Made by a program: the position numbers and the translations under genes
NCBI GenBank assembly: GCA_021827485.1
Contig: JAKAVM010000067.1
Location: 1-61,857 of the forward strand
Reading direction: 5' to 3'
DNA: 61,857 bases
DNA from: Actinomycetes bacterium
GTDB taxonomy: Bacteria > Actinomycetota > Acidimicrobiia > Acidimicrobiales > JAKAVM01
Part shown: positions 28,658-38,118 of the stretch, one piece after another
Layout of the letters: each line of letters starts with the position of its first letter
Numbering within the stretch: the stretch's first letter is position 1
The notes under the pieces: model-generated
Seen by the model: the letters and a program-made list of their open reading frames with translations, nothing else
Database searches by the model: none
What the model was told of the DNA's origin: nothing

Positions 28658-28758
28658 GTCACCTAGACCCCCTAATTGCGGTAGCCGGCTATTCTACCGA
28701 GACGTTGGGGAACGCGACGACGGGTCACCTAGACCCCATAATTGCGGTAGTCGGCTAT
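28658..28758. repeat. Two-copy ~35-bp direct repeat (period 66 bp) filling the cca/ino1 convergent intergenic region
   Basis: gtcacctagaccccctaattgcggtagccggctatt (28658-28693) and gtcacctagaccccataattgcggtagtcggctatt (28724-28758). Copy 1 contains the 10-bp palindrome TAGCCGGCTA and a hairpin CGGTAG...CTACCG. Confidence 0.9.
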
Positions 28759-29861
28759 TATAAGCAAAATTCTTCGACAAGTTTCTTGGCTTGGTCATCT
28801 GTGTATTGAATCGGGGGTGATTTCATAAAATAAGCAGATGGTCCTAGTAGAGGACCTCCAATTCCTCGATCTAATGCGACCTTTGCACACCTGACTGCGT
28901 CGATTATTACTCCAGCTGAATTTGGAGAATCCCAAACTTCAAGTTTCAGTTCTAAGTTTAGTGGAACGTCGCCAAAATTACGACCTTCCATCCGGATATA
29001 GGCCCATTTACGATCTTCAAGCCACGGCACGTGATCAGAAGGTCCAATGTGCACATCGTTAGGAGAGATCTCGCGAGATATTTGGCTGGTAACGGCTTGA
29101 GTCTTGGAGATCTTCTTTGATTCCAAGCGATCGCGCTCGAGCATATTCATGAAGTCCATATTGCCACCAACGTTTAGCTGGTAAGTCCTATCTAACATCG
29201 TGCCACGATCTTCAAAAAGCCGAGTTAAGATCCGGTGTACAATTGTTGAACCAACCTGACTCTTAATGTCGTCTCCTACAATCGGAAGCTTTGCATCTTC
29301 GAACTTCTTTGCCCATTGTGGATCACTTGCAATAAAAACAGGTATTGCATTTACGAAGCCGACGCCTGCATCCAAACATTGTTGAGCATAGTATTTTTGA
29401 GCATTTTCTGATCCAACTGGAAGATAGCTAACCAGCACATCTACTTGGGCTTTACGAAGTTGCTCGGCCACATCAACAGGGTTCTGTGGAGACTCATCAA
29501 TTGTGAGCTGATAGTACTTTCCTAAACCGTCTAGAGTTGGCCCTCGCTGGACGGTAACACCCGTTTCGGGCACATCGCTGAATCTGTAGGTATTATTCTG
29601 ACTTGCAAAGATTGCTTTTGAAGCGTCGATACCAACTTTCTGAGCATCTACATCAAACGCGGCGACAAGCTGGATATCGCTTATATGATAGCCGCCGATA
29701 ACAACGTTCATCAGACCTGGGACGACATCGTCAGGGCTTGCATTCTTATAGTACTCGATTCCCTGAAGTAGTGACGACGCGCAGTTGCCAACTCCAGCGA
29801 TTGCAAGACGTAAAGTCTTCTTTGATTTCTTCTCAGTTGAGATCTCAGATGGTGTGTTCAT
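28758..29861 (-). CDS. ino1: myo-Inositol-1-phosphate synthase
   Basis: 367 aa. NAD-binding N-terminus [22 protein letters not shown] and the conserved core [19 protein letters not shown]. It pairs with padR upstream, as for M. tuberculosis Rv0046c/Rv0047c. Confidence 0.93.
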   Translation of the reverse strand: MNTPSEISTEKKSKKTLRLAIAGVGNCASSLLQGIEYYKNASPDDVVPGLMNVVIGGYHISDIQLVAAFDVDAQKVGIDASKAIFASQNNTYRFSDVPETGVTVQRGPTLDGLGKYYQLTIDESPQNPVDVAEQLRKAQVDVLVSYLPVGSENAQKYYAQQCLDAGVGFVNAIPVFIASDPQWAKKFEDAKLPIVGDDIKSQVGSTIVHRILTRLFEDRGTMLDRTYQLNVGGNMDFMNMLERDRLESKKISKTQAVTSQISREISPNDVHIGPSDHVPWLEDRKWAYIRMEGRNFGDVPLNLELKLEVWDSPNSAGVIIDAVRCAKVALDRGIGGPLLGPSAYFMKSPPIQYTDDQAKKLVEEFCL

Positions 29862-30489
29862 TTATTCGACTCCTTTCGGATTGTATCAACGTATCTATCC
29901 ACGATATGTCATTTTGAGTTTCAGATTGTGAGTGTTCGATGGCAGACTTTGCGTAACTATCAAGGCGCGATTCCCGGCCATTTGAATCGCGTACCTTAAG
30001 CAACCTATTTTCTAGGCAAGAACGACGTCGTTCGAGAAGCTTTAGCCTCATCTCAGGTTCGATCAGACTAGCAAATGCGAATCGAACGCGAAACGCTAAA
30101 TCATCTTCACCGAAATTGAAGTCATCATTCATAAAATAAAAGAAATGAATCCGACCAGATTCGGTAATTGCATAGACTTTCTTACCTCTCGTTCGCGTTG
30201 TGTCAAAACGATTTATAAGCGAACTATCAATAGAGGCTGCTTTTTCCCCACCCAGAGAGCCGGTAAAAGGTATTGATTTTGGCTGAACTCGATTGAAGCG
30301 ACCTTGTGTGACTTCGACGAAGGCCAGCTTTTCCAAGCGAGCTAATGCTGGATACATTGATCCAAAGGAAATAGAAGCAAAAAGATTTAGGTCATCAACA
30401 ATCCTTCGCTTTATCTCATAGCCATGCAGATCTTGACCTGCCAGAACTCCCAAAATAGCCATTTCCAGAAAATGTGACTGTTTTCTCAA
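29845..30489 (-). CDS. PadR-family transcriptional regulator
   Basis: 214 aa. Winged-helix N-terminus [23 protein letters not shown] ... [14 protein letters not shown]. It overlaps the ino1 start by 17 nt. Confidence 0.85.
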   Translation of the reverse strand: MRKQSHFLEMAILGVLAGQDLHGYEIKRRIVDDLNLFASISFGSMYPALARLEKLAFVEVTQGRFNRVQPKSIPFTGSLGGEKAASIDSSLINRFDTTRTRGKKVYAITESGRIHFFYFMNDDFNFGEDDLAFRVRFAFASLIEPEMRLKLLERRRSCLENRLLKVRDSNGRESRLDSYAKSAIEHSQSETQNDISWIDTLIQSERSRINEHTI

Positions 30490-30578
30490 GTGTTTAGCTG
30501 CCTTATCTTCTGTCGAATCCTCTTGATAGCAAAATGATATATCAAAACGATATATCTAATCAACAATAATCGGAAGAT

Positions 30579-30632
30579 TCCTATCTTGCCTGGTAGCGGC
30601 CTGTTCGTTCCGCTGGCCGGGCGCTGGGTTGC
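30579..30632 (+). repeat. GC-rich element, copy D (padR / DUF5318-like divergent intergenic region)
   Basis: gaTTCCTATCTTGCCTGGTAGCGGCCTGTTCGTTCCGCTGGCCGGGCGCTGGGTTGC shares the 5' GAYYCCTATC..CCTGGT..CGGC and 3' TGGGTTGC ends with copies A and B. It has a central hairpin CGGCC...GGCCG. Confidence 0.8.
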
Positions 30633-30691
30633 TGGCACCAAGTACCCAACAGTCCCCTCGGAGTGTTCTGATGGTCTATCATAGAACTTAG

Positions 30692-31183
30692 ATGAAGCCA
30701 CAGGATTTCAGTCGCAAGGGCAGTTCTGGACCCGATACTTCGAACGCGTTAGATCGACCAACGATAGGAGTCGGTTCAATTCGAGGAAGCGATTCTCAAG
30801 TTGATTATCGGTTGGCCCGTCGGTCTATATTGATAGATTTCCGTAAAGGTAGAGTTTCTCGTACGGATGTTTGCGATGCTCATCCTGAGTTAATAAGGGC
30901 CGCAAGAAATGTCGGGGAGCCTACCTCAATCGAATGCCCAGTTTGCAATGAAACTAACATTGTATTGGTTTCATTTGTTTTTGGAGATCGACTCGGGCCA
31001 TCCGGACGATGCGTTACAACACGCCAAGAACTGATGTCGCTTAGAAAATCCTCGCAGTCAACATTGACAACTTATGTCGTGGAGGTGTGCCCGATGTGTT
31101 CGTGGAACCATCTAACCCGAATGTTTGTGACCAATCCAATTGGTGCTAAAGCTCGCAAATGCGAGAAAGAACTTTCGGTTTAG
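30692..31183 (+). CDS. Conserved actinobacterial Cys-rich protein (DUF5318-like)
   Basis: 163 aa. VDYRLARRSIL ... DVCDAHPELIRAA ... CPVC ... CPMC pattern. The family name is recalled from memory, not verified. Confidence 0.6.
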   Translation: MKPQDFSRKGSSGPDTSNALDRPTIGVGSIRGSDSQVDYRLARRSILIDFRKGRVSRTDVCDAHPELIRAARNVGEPTSIECPVCNETNIVLVSFVFGDRLGPSGRCVTTRQELMSLRKSSQSTLTTYVVEVCPMCSWNHLTRMFVTNPIGAKARKCEKELSV

Positions 31184-31998
31184 TTACGGTGGGCTTGCAT
31201 ACTTCGGTACCGGACGTTCAATCTCGCAAGAAATCTTCTGCTGGTGTGCCTCTGGTTATGGTAACCGCATATGACACCCCTGGAGCTCTAATTGTCGATA
31301 AGGCAAATGTAGACATAATTCTAGTTGGCGATTCATTAGGGATGGTCGTGTTAGGATATGATGATACTTTATCGGTAACGATTGAAGACATGGTTCACCA
31401 CACTAGGGCTGTAGCAAGAGCTAAGCCGCGAGCACTATTGGTTGCTGATTTGCCGTGGATGACCTATCATTTATCGAAAAGAGATACACTAAGGAATGCG
31501 TCGCAACTAATTCGAGCAGGTGCCCAGGCAGTGAAATTGGAAGGTGGGGCAAAGAGGCGAAGGATGATTGAAGCATTAGTTGATGCTGAAATTCCCGTAA
31601 TGGGACATCTCGGGCTTACTCCCCAATCAGTCAATGTAATGGGGGGGTTTAAAGTCCAGGCCCGCGATTCTGATCAGGCCCAAACGCTGATTGAGGAGGC
31701 GGAGTTGCTAGCGCAAATTGGATGCTTCTCCCTAGTTCTTGAAGGAATTCCATCACAAGTCTCCGAGGAGGTAACTAATCGAATCCCGATCCCTACTATC
31801 GGAATTGGTGCGGGGATTCACTGTGATGGCCAGGTTTTAGTGTTTCACGATATTTTAGGTTTTCAAGAAAAAGGTGATGCAAAGTTTGTTCGAAGATATG
31901 CAGACATCGGAAAAATTGCGACAAAAGCTATTGAAGACTTTGCAAGAGACGTTCAAAGTGGACGGTATCCTCAGGAGAAAGAAAGCTATGGGCTGTAA
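31159..31998 (+). CDS. panB: 3-methyl-2-oxobutanoate hydroxymethyltransferase
   Basis: MVTAYD, LVGDSLGMVVLG, VKLEGG, and PVMGHLGLTPQS. The start is uncertain: ATG 31159 overlaps the upstream gene by 25 nt, and GTG 31189 is an alternative. Confidence 0.9.
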   Translation: MRERTFGLVTVGLHTSVPDVQSRKKSSAGVPLVMVTAYDTPGALIVDKANVDIILVGDSLGMVVLGYDDTLSVTIEDMVHHTRAVARAKPRALLVADLPWMTYHLSKRDTLRNASQLIRAGAQAVKLEGGAKRRRMIEALVDAEIPVMGHLGLTPQSVNVMGGFKVQARDSDQAQTLIEEAELLAQIGCFSLVLEGIPSQVSEEVTNRIPIPTIGIGAGIHCDGQVLVFHDILGFQEKGDAKFVRRYADIGKIATKAIEDFARDVQSGRYPQEKESYGL

Positions 31999-32262
31999 TC
32001 CACCAAGCGGCCTTGTGGTTGGGCAAGTTTTTGGATCATCTATCGGGACGGCAACCCACACATCCGCAAGGCCCGCATAGGAATTTGAAAAAAATATAAA
32101 AAGCTCATAACCAGGACTTTTTCCGAAAGAAACCGCTAGATGCCCTTGGAATTCGTCGATTTTGCCCTTTTTTGAGATTCAAAATGTCTCACCCCTGAGC
32201 AATGATGGGTCTCGATATGAAATTATTGCTGGCTTCGAGTTACGATAATAGCGAAAGTATAA

Positions 32263-32293
32263 ACCCTGCCCTGCTCGCCAGGGCTCTGAGGGT
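32263..32293 (+). promoter_or_regulatory. Stem-loop in the rpsF 5' leader (candidate S6:S18 autoregulatory structure)
   Basis: ACCCT-GCCCTG-ctcgc-CAGGGC-tctg-AGGGT, ending 33 nt upstream of the rpsF ATG. Confidence 0.35.
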
Positions 32294-32326
32294 ATTGACT
32301 CTTAGAACCGAAGGGAGAATTCCGCA

Positions 32327-32704
32327 ATGCGGACCTATGAAATTGTAATTATCTTCGACGCTAGCCTGGATGAGGACAACGTCAGGGAAGTTTTGGACAA
32401 CGTCTCTAATATAATCCGTTCCAAAGGAGGAAATCCGGGACGGATGGAGCATTGGGGAAAACGTCGATTCGCTTATGAACTGGCTGGACGGATGGAAGGG
32501 TATTACGTGATATTTGATGTCACTGCCCCTTCAGACGCGGTTAGTGAGGCTAGTCGAGCCCTGTCCCTTATCGATGAAGTACTTCGTCACAAAGTTCTTC
32601 GGATACCCGATGAAGTTGCTGGAAGACAGTTTAAACCTGTTGTTGGCGCAACTCTAACAAGTTCCCAAGTACCTACTGTGACCGCTGAAAAACAAACAGA
32701 TTAG
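32327..32704 (+). CDS. rpsF: 30S ribosomal protein S6
   Basis: 125 aa. MRTYEIVIIFD ... WGKRRFAYE, first gene of rpsF-ssb-rpsR-rplI. Confidence 0.95.
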   Translation: MRTYEIVIIFDASLDEDNVREVLDNVSNIIRSKGGNPGRMEHWGKRRFAYELAGRMEGYYVIFDVTAPSDAVSEASRALSLIDEVLRHKVLRIPDEVAGRQFKPVVGATLTSSQVPTVTAEKQTD

Positions 32705-32725
32705 TGAAAGCGAGAAGAGAAAATA

Positions 32726-33181
32726 ATGTCAAATGGTAACAGCGTAACCTTGATTGGAAATATCACCAGAGAGCCAGAGCTGCGATTTACCCCCTCGGGT
32801 CAAGCCACGTCAACTTTTGGTTTGGCAGTCAACCGTAGGTGGCAGAATCGGCAAACTCAAGAGTGGGAAGAAGCAACTTCCTTCTTCGATGTCGTTTGCT
32901 GGCGCGAATTGGCCGAGAATAGTTCTGAAAGCCTAGAGAAAGGCGCAAGAATTATTGTAACTGGTCGAGTTGAGCAACGAAGCTGGGAGACTCCCGACGG
33001 AGAGCGACGCTCTAAGGTGGAAGTAATAGCTGACGAACTCGGGCCCTCTCTTAGGTGGGCTACTTGCCAAATCACGAAGAACGACAGACGTTCGAGTGGA
33101 TACGATGGGCTTGGGGGGGGATCCCCCCAAGCCGGTGATGAATATATCGCGGACGGGGTAGCCGCAGAGGAGCCGTTCTAA
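32726..33181 (+). CDS. ssb: Single-stranded DNA-binding protein
   Basis: 151 aa. OB fold [21 protein letters not shown], a Gly-rich linker, and an acidic tip EEPF. Confidence 0.95.
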   Translation: MSNGNSVTLIGNITREPELRFTPSGQATSTFGLAVNRRWQNRQTQEWEEATSFFDVVCWRELAENSSESLEKGARIIVTGRVEQRSWETPDGERRSKVEVIADELGPSLRWATCQITKNDRRSSGYDGLGGGSPQAGDEYIADGVAAEEPF

Positions 33182-33185
33182 TCCC

Positions 33186-33809
33186 ATGGGAAGAAATAAT
33201 TCAAGAGAAAAGCCTGTAAAGAGGGTCATAAAAGATACCGGGAAGAAGATCAAGAAGAAACCTTGTTCGTTGTGTGTCGACAATATCTCATATATCTCCT
33301 ATAAGGATCTTGGATTGCTTAGGAAATATGTTAGTGATCGCGGCAAGATTCGATCCCGTAGAGTGACAGGTAACTGCTCGCAGCACCAGCGCGATATAGC
33401 AAGTGTAGTAAAGACGGCCAGAGAACTTGCGTTACTTCCATACCTGCAACGAACGGTCTCGGATAAGGTTTCATTTCGTGCTTCTGATAAGGATGAGCAA
33501 GACAGTGAGCTGGGCCCAACTCTTGAGTCGGGAGATTTTCGAGACTTTCCTACTTACGACGAGGATGAAAGTCCAGTACTAAATGCAAGTGGCGTAGATG
33601 AAAGTTCGGCGCTTATTTCAAATGACAACGAGGCGATACAATTAGCTTCCACGGAAAGCGTGCTGGTTGCAGACTCTGTAAATCCACAAGGCATCGACGA
33701 AGAACCACTTGAGGTCTCGCTGCTAAGTGACGCGGTAATCAGTGATGAAGTCGAGCTTGGGAATGATGCATCGCCCGGTGAAAACGTGCTTATAGGTACT
33801 GAGGAGTAA
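33186..33809 (+). CDS. rpsR: 30S ribosomal protein S18 with a long acidic C-terminal extension
   Basis: The S18 core ([60 protein letters not shown]) ends near aa 88. The frame then stays open for about 120 more D/E/S-rich codons. Confidence 0.9.
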   Translation: MGRNNSREKPVKRVIKDTGKKIKKKPCSLCVDNISYISYKDLGLLRKYVSDRGKIRSRRVTGNCSQHQRDIASVVKTARELALLPYLQRTVSDKVSFRASDKDEQDSELGPTLESGDFRDFPTYDEDESPVLNASGVDESSALISNDNEAIQLASTESVLVADSVNPQGIDEEPLEVSLLSDAVISDEVELGNDASPGENVLIGTEE

Positions 33810-33814
33810 GAGTA

Positions 33815-34264
33815 ATGAAGGTAGTTATGAGAAGTGATGTTGATGGGGTCGGTAAGAAAGGCGATGTCATAGAAGTATCCAAGGGTTATGCGCGCAATTT
33901 TCTTATTCCATCGGGCAAAGCATTATTTGCTAGTCCAGGCACTGTTGACCAAGCGTTAGCGATGAAGAGATCAAGGGATTTGAAAGATGCAAAGGATCGG
34001 GAATCTGCTCAGACAATTGCAAGCACCTTAGTAGCTACCCCGATTACGATACATGCAAAAGCGGGTACTAATGGAAAGCTCTTTGGTTCAGTAACTGCTG
34101 GAGATATTGCTGATGCAGTTCAAACAAAAGTAGGTATGAAAATTGATCGCAAGAAGTTTCAGCTCGACGAGCATATCAGAGCAGTTGGAACCTATGATGT
34201 CCAAGTCCGGTTGCACCCAGACGTGCGTTTTACACTTGTAGTAGAGGTTACGGCCGAGTCTTAA
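33815..34264 (+). CDS. rplI: 50S ribosomal protein L9
   Basis: 149 aa. MKVVMRSDVDGVGKKGDVIEVSKGYARNFLIP. Confidence 0.95.
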   Translation: MKVVMRSDVDGVGKKGDVIEVSKGYARNFLIPSGKALFASPGTVDQALAMKRSRDLKDAKDRESAQTIASTLVATPITIHAKAGTNGKLFGSVTAGDIADAVQTKVGMKIDRKKFQLDEHIRAVGTYDVQVRLHPDVRFTLVVEVTAES

Positions 34265-34380
34265 CCCCCCCTGGCGACAACCCGCCGCCTCCGGCGCGCC
34301 TGGTGCGGACCTAAACCTGACCGAAACAAGATCAGAATCTTCATATCAGCTCAATTACTAGCCTGAAGATCTCCCCAAGG

Positions 34381-34442
34381 TTGTCCACAGCTACGAACAA
34401 TATCTCAGATGAAACACCCTGGACGAGAAAAAGTTATCCAGT
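34381..34442. promoter_or_regulatory. DnaA boxes upstream of dnaB
   Basis: TTGTCCACA (34381-34389), the form I recall as the actinobacterial consensus, and a weaker TTATCCAGT (34434-34442). They lie 90-150 nt upstream of the dnaB start. Confidence 0.5.
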
Positions 34443-34531
34443 ACCCATCTCGACTTTCCAACAGTAAATCCAGTTTATTTCCCTAAGTCATATACAGTAA
34501 AGTCCCAACTGGAAGAGGGATAATAGAGACT

Positions 34532-35896
34532 ATGGTTCGATCCCTAGACGAAATGCGAGTACTTAGTAAGTCGAAAGCTATAACGTCGCGGGTCCCCCCA
34601 AATAATCTCGAAGCTGAAGAGTCTTTGATTGGGGCAATGCTTCTTTCTCAAGAAGCAATTGGTTCAGCAGCTGAGATCTGCCGAGCATCAGATTTTTATT
34701 CACCTCGGTTAGCGATAATTTTTGATGCGATTATGTCGCTTGACAGCAGAGGCGCACCTGCCGATTCAGTTACTGTTGCTGATGAACTCAATAGACGGGG
34801 CTTACTTGAAGAAATCGGTGGGCCCGTAACTTTATCCTCACTAACCTCTGCCACATTTGCAATTGCCAATGTGGAGCGCTATGCGCGAATTGTAGAGGAG
34901 CACGCTTTACTAAGAAAACTTATCGTTGCTGCTGCAGAGATTTCTGATCTTGGATATTCAATGCCTGAGGACATACAAGCAGCACTTGATCATGCTGAAT
35001 CAGCAGTATTTTCAGTTGCTGAACGACATTCTACTGATACCATACGACCGCTCAACATGTTGCTTAGCGAGTCTTTAGATCATATCGAGATGATGGTCCA
35101 GCGTGGGACTCAAGTTACCGGCGTGAGAACAGGATATCTTGATCTTGATAAGATTTTATTGGGTCTCCAACCTTCAAATTTAGTAATTGTTGGAGCACGT
35201 CCGGCAATGGGTAAGACTAGCTTTGCACTGGGAATGCTAACTAATGCTGCCAAGAGTGGCGTTCCAGCGCTGTTTTTCTCACTTGAAATGAGTCATCACG
35301 AAATTACTCAAAGAATCTTGTCGTCTGAGTCAAGAGTTGAATCGTCCGCGATGAGGACCGGGAAAATGAGTGCTGGTGATATGGATAGTGTGCACAAAGC
35401 GATTAATAGGTTGACCAATGTACCTATATTTATTGATGACAATCCGAATCTTACAGTAATGGACATCCGAGCTAAAGCACGGCGCTTGAAGGCATCTTCT
35501 AACATTGGTCTCGTTGTTATTGACTATCTACAGCTTATGTCGGGAAGGGGCAAAGTTGAGAATCGCCAAGTAGAAATTTCGGAGATTAGTCGTGGGCTTA
35601 AGATATTGGCTAGGGAGCTTGGGGTCCCAGTTGTCGCGCTCTCGCAGCTGTCTCGAAATTTGGAAGCGCGTCAAGATAAAAGACCAGTACTTGCCGACTT
35701 ACGGGAAAGTGGCTCGCTTGAACAAGATGCCGATGTCGTGCTCTTTATTTACAGGGATGAAATATACAATCAAGACCCTGATAACTATGGAATTGCCGAA
35801 ATCCATATTTCAAAACACAGAAACGGCCCTACCGGCAAGATTGAACTCTCATTTCTACCTGGAAGTACCACCTTTGCTAACATGGCACGAGATTGA
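34532..35896 (+). CDS. dnaB: Replicative DNA helicase DnaB (no intein)
   Basis: 454 aa. PPNNLEAEESLIGAML, Walker A GARPAMGKTSFAL, Walker B VVIDYLQLM, and SQLSR. Confidence 0.96.
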   Translation: MVRSLDEMRVLSKSKAITSRVPPNNLEAEESLIGAMLLSQEAIGSAAEICRASDFYSPRLAIIFDAIMSLDSRGAPADSVTVADELNRRGLLEEIGGPVTLSSLTSATFAIANVERYARIVEEHALLRKLIVAAAEISDLGYSMPEDIQAALDHAESAVFSVAERHSTDTIRPLNMLLSESLDHIEMMVQRGTQVTGVRTGYLDLDKILLGLQPSNLVIVGARPAMGKTSFALGMLTNAAKSGVPALFFSLEMSHHEITQRILSSESRVESSAMRTGKMSAGDMDSVHKAINRLTNVPIFIDDNPNLTVMDIRAKARRLKASSNIGLVVIDYLQLMSGRGKVENRQVEISEISRGLKILARELGVPVVALSQLSRNLEARQDKRPVLADLRESGSLEQDADVVLFIYRDEIYNQDPDNYGIAEIHISKHRNGPTGKIELSFLPGSTTFANMARD

Positions 35897-35904
35897 GCGA
35901 GGGG

Positions 35905-35946
35905 TGGCCGTCATTCACTGCCTTTATTCAGGGCGGGGAGGTTCAC
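35905..35946 (+). repeat. GC-rich element, divergent copy F (dnaB-tig intergenic region)
   Basis: GGCCGTCattcactgcctttattcaGGGCGGGGAGGTTCAC shares the GGCCGTC...GGGCGG(N)AGGTT ends with copy C. Confidence 0.45.
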
Positions 35947-36020
35947 ATCTTAGGCAATTAGGATACTTTTCCTTGTTGATTCGGTGACCGAGTTCGGATT
36001 CCCCTAGACTGTAGTCCTCT

Positions 36021-37400
36021 ATGCAAGCAACTGCTGAAACTTTAGACGGAAATCGGGTAAAACTATCTATCAAGGTTGACTCCGAAACCTTTTCGGGCTC
36101 CCTTGACCAAGCGCTAAAACAAGCAGCCAAGACAATTCGCTTGCCTGGGTTCCGACCGGGTAAGGTCCCGACGAAGCTAGTAGAGGCTAGGGTTGGGAGA
36201 GAGGTCTTACGAGAAGAAGTTATTCGCGATTCGCTACCGGACTATATCCGCGAAGCAGTAATACAAACCGGGGTTGATGCAATTGCGACGGAGAAAGTAG
36301 ATGTTATATCGTCAAATGATTCAATTGATCTTGAAGTAGACGTAATAGTCGAAACCCGACCGAAAGTTTCAATTGCTGGTTATCAAGGACTTTCGGTCAA
36401 GATAACATCTCCAATTCCAACCGATGCTGAAATAGATGAGGAAATAAATCGTCTTCGCAATCAGTTCGGTAAGTTAAATCCAGTTAGTCGTCCTGCTTCC
36501 CAAGGAGACAATATAGCGATTAATATTAAAGCAACTCGTAATGGCGAAACCCTTGACGCTTATAGCGTCGAGGATTTTGTCTACGAGATAGGGATGAATA
36601 ATGTATTTCCTGAACTTGATGAGAAGCTGGAGGGTTCTAAATCAGGAGATATATTGAAGTTCAATACCTCTATTGAAGACGAAGAAGACGAACAAGACGA
36701 AGAAGACGAACAAGGTGGGCAAGAGGCAACAATTGAAGTTCTGGTGAAAGAGGTAAGTGAGAAGGTGTTGCCAGAGCCAAGTGACGAATGGGCGGCCGAA
36801 GCATCTGAGTTCGATACTTTTGAGCAACTTCGGCAAGATGTGTCAAATCGAATTGCGCAGAATAAGAGTAATCGAGCGGTTCAAGAATTACGACTTGGAG
36901 TAGCTAATGCAATTAGTGAGCTAGTAACCGAAGAAATTCCTAATGCCCTTGTTAGTCAGGAGATGGGATCGAGATTACACGATTTCCAGCATCGCTTGGA
37001 GACCCAAGGTGTTCCATTGGAACTCTATCTTCAAGCCACTGGGCAAAGTCCCGAAGCTTTTTTTGAGGCAATGAAGCAAGCATCGATAGGAACAGTGCGT
37101 CTAGACCTGGCGTTGCGGACCCTTAGCGAGCTTGAAGATATTCAAGTAAGTGAGGATGAGATTAGAAAACGAATTGAATTATTGGCTGAGTCATCGGATG
37201 CTAGTTATGAGGCAACCAAGGATAATTTGGAAAAAAGTGGAATGATTGATCTAGTTACCTGGGAGATTCGCAAGACTAAAGCACTTGACTGGCTGGAAGA
37301 AAACGTTGAGGTTCTTGATGAAAGTGGTTTGCCGATCGAGATTTCCATTCCGCGGGAGAGCGGAGAAATTATTGCGGGTAGTTCAAGAGGGACAGACTGA
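36021..37400 (+). CDS. tig: Trigger factor
   Basis: 459 aa. N-terminal ribosome-binding loop GFRPGKVP, and an acidic insert EDEEDEQDEEDEQ. Confidence 0.93.
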   Translation: MQATAETLDGNRVKLSIKVDSETFSGSLDQALKQAAKTIRLPGFRPGKVPTKLVEARVGREVLREEVIRDSLPDYIREAVIQTGVDAIATEKVDVISSNDSIDLEVDVIVETRPKVSIAGYQGLSVKITSPIPTDAEIDEEINRLRNQFGKLNPVSRPASQGDNIAINIKATRNGETLDAYSVEDFVYEIGMNNVFPELDEKLEGSKSGDILKFNTSIEDEEDEQDEEDEQGGQEATIEVLVKEVSEKVLPEPSDEWAAEASEFDTFEQLRQDVSNRIAQNKSNRAVQELRLGVANAISELVTEEIPNALVSQEMGSRLHDFQHRLETQGVPLELYLQATGQSPEAFFEAMKQASIGTVRLDLALRTLSELEDIQVSEDEIRKRIELLAESSDASYEATKDNLEKSGMIDLVTWEIRKTKALDWLEENVEVLDESGLPIEISIPRESGEIIAGSSRGTD

Positions 37401-37491
37401 AGAGTAAGGTGACAAATCTTTCTAGAAGTTTCAGCCAAGGTCTCTGTTACCTAATAAACTGGAAGTAGCATTTGAACAGGAAAGAGCAACC

Positions 37492-38118
37492 ATGGGACAA
37501 GCTTACGATTATTTAGTACCAACAGTAATTGAAAATACTGCTCGAGGTGAGCGTGCCTACGACTTATACTCGCGTCTACTAAAGGAGCGAATTGTATTTC
37601 TAGGAACTCCTATCGACGACACGATTGCAAACCTAGTTTGTGCGCAAATGCTATTTCTAGAGTATGAAGATCCTGACAAAGATATAAGTATCTATATCAA
37701 CTCTCCAGGCGGAGACATTACTGCACTATTTGCAATCTATGACACTATGAAATTTATAAAACCGGATAAATCAACCTTTTGTTTTGGCCAAGCTGCATCT
37801 GCGGCGGCAGTTTTGCTTGCCGCAGGCACAAAGGGTAAGAGATTTGCCCTTCCTCACGCCAGAGTTTTACTACATCAACCTTATGGAGGTGCGGCAGGGC
37901 AGGCAACAGATATTGAAATTCAAGCCAAAGAAATTCTTCGAATGAGGGATTTGTTGAATAAAATGCTCTCTGAAGACACTGGACAGGCAATCGACAAAAT
38001 ACAATCTGATACCGATAGGGATTTTGTAATGAGCGCTCAAGATGCAGTGACTTACGGAATCATTGATGAAGTTATAACTAGTCGGGATGCAGTACTTCCT
38101 ATCGAGGCAGTTGCATAA
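37492..38118 (+). CDS. clpP: ATP-dependent Clp protease proteolytic subunit
   Basis: 208 aa. Catalytic Ser context GQAASAA, His in LLHQP, and Asp in DTDRD. Confidence 0.95.
   Translation: MGQAYDYLVPTVIENTARGERAYDLYSRLLKERIVFLGTPIDDTIANLVCAQMLFLEYEDPDKDISIYINSPGGDITALFAIYDTMKFIKPDKSTFCFGQAASAAAVLLAAGTKGKRFALPHARVLLHQPYGGAAGQATDIEIQAKEILRMRDLLNKMLSEDTGQAIDKIQSDTDRDFVMSAQDAVTYGIIDEVITSRDAVLPIEAVA

Noticed and set aside
28658-28758. CRISPR-like appearance (repeat-spacer-repeat)
   Set aside because: There are only two imperfect copies and no cas genes, and the copies abut the stop codons of convergent housekeeping genes. It is reported as a simple direct repeat instead.
30486-30701. 71-aa minus-strand ORF upstream of padR
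   Set aside because: It is made largely of the reverse complement of GC-rich element copy D plus an AT-rich promoter region, and it has no RBS or protein-like composition.
34265-34310. GC-rich stretch after rplI (ccccctggcgacaacccgccgcctccggcgcgcctggtgcgg) as a confident member of the GC-rich element family or a terminator
   Set aside because: Similarity to the family is limited to CCCTGG at the 5' end and a GGCGGCGGGTTG-like string on the opposite strand. The hairpin is only 5 bp (CGCCG/CGGCG) with no U-tract. It is mentioned only as a possible relative.
35960-36010. T-arm-like string ccgagttcggattcccc in the dnaB-tig spacer
   Set aside because: There is no complementary 5-bp T stem and no acceptor or D arm in the surrounding 90 nt, so it is not a tRNA.
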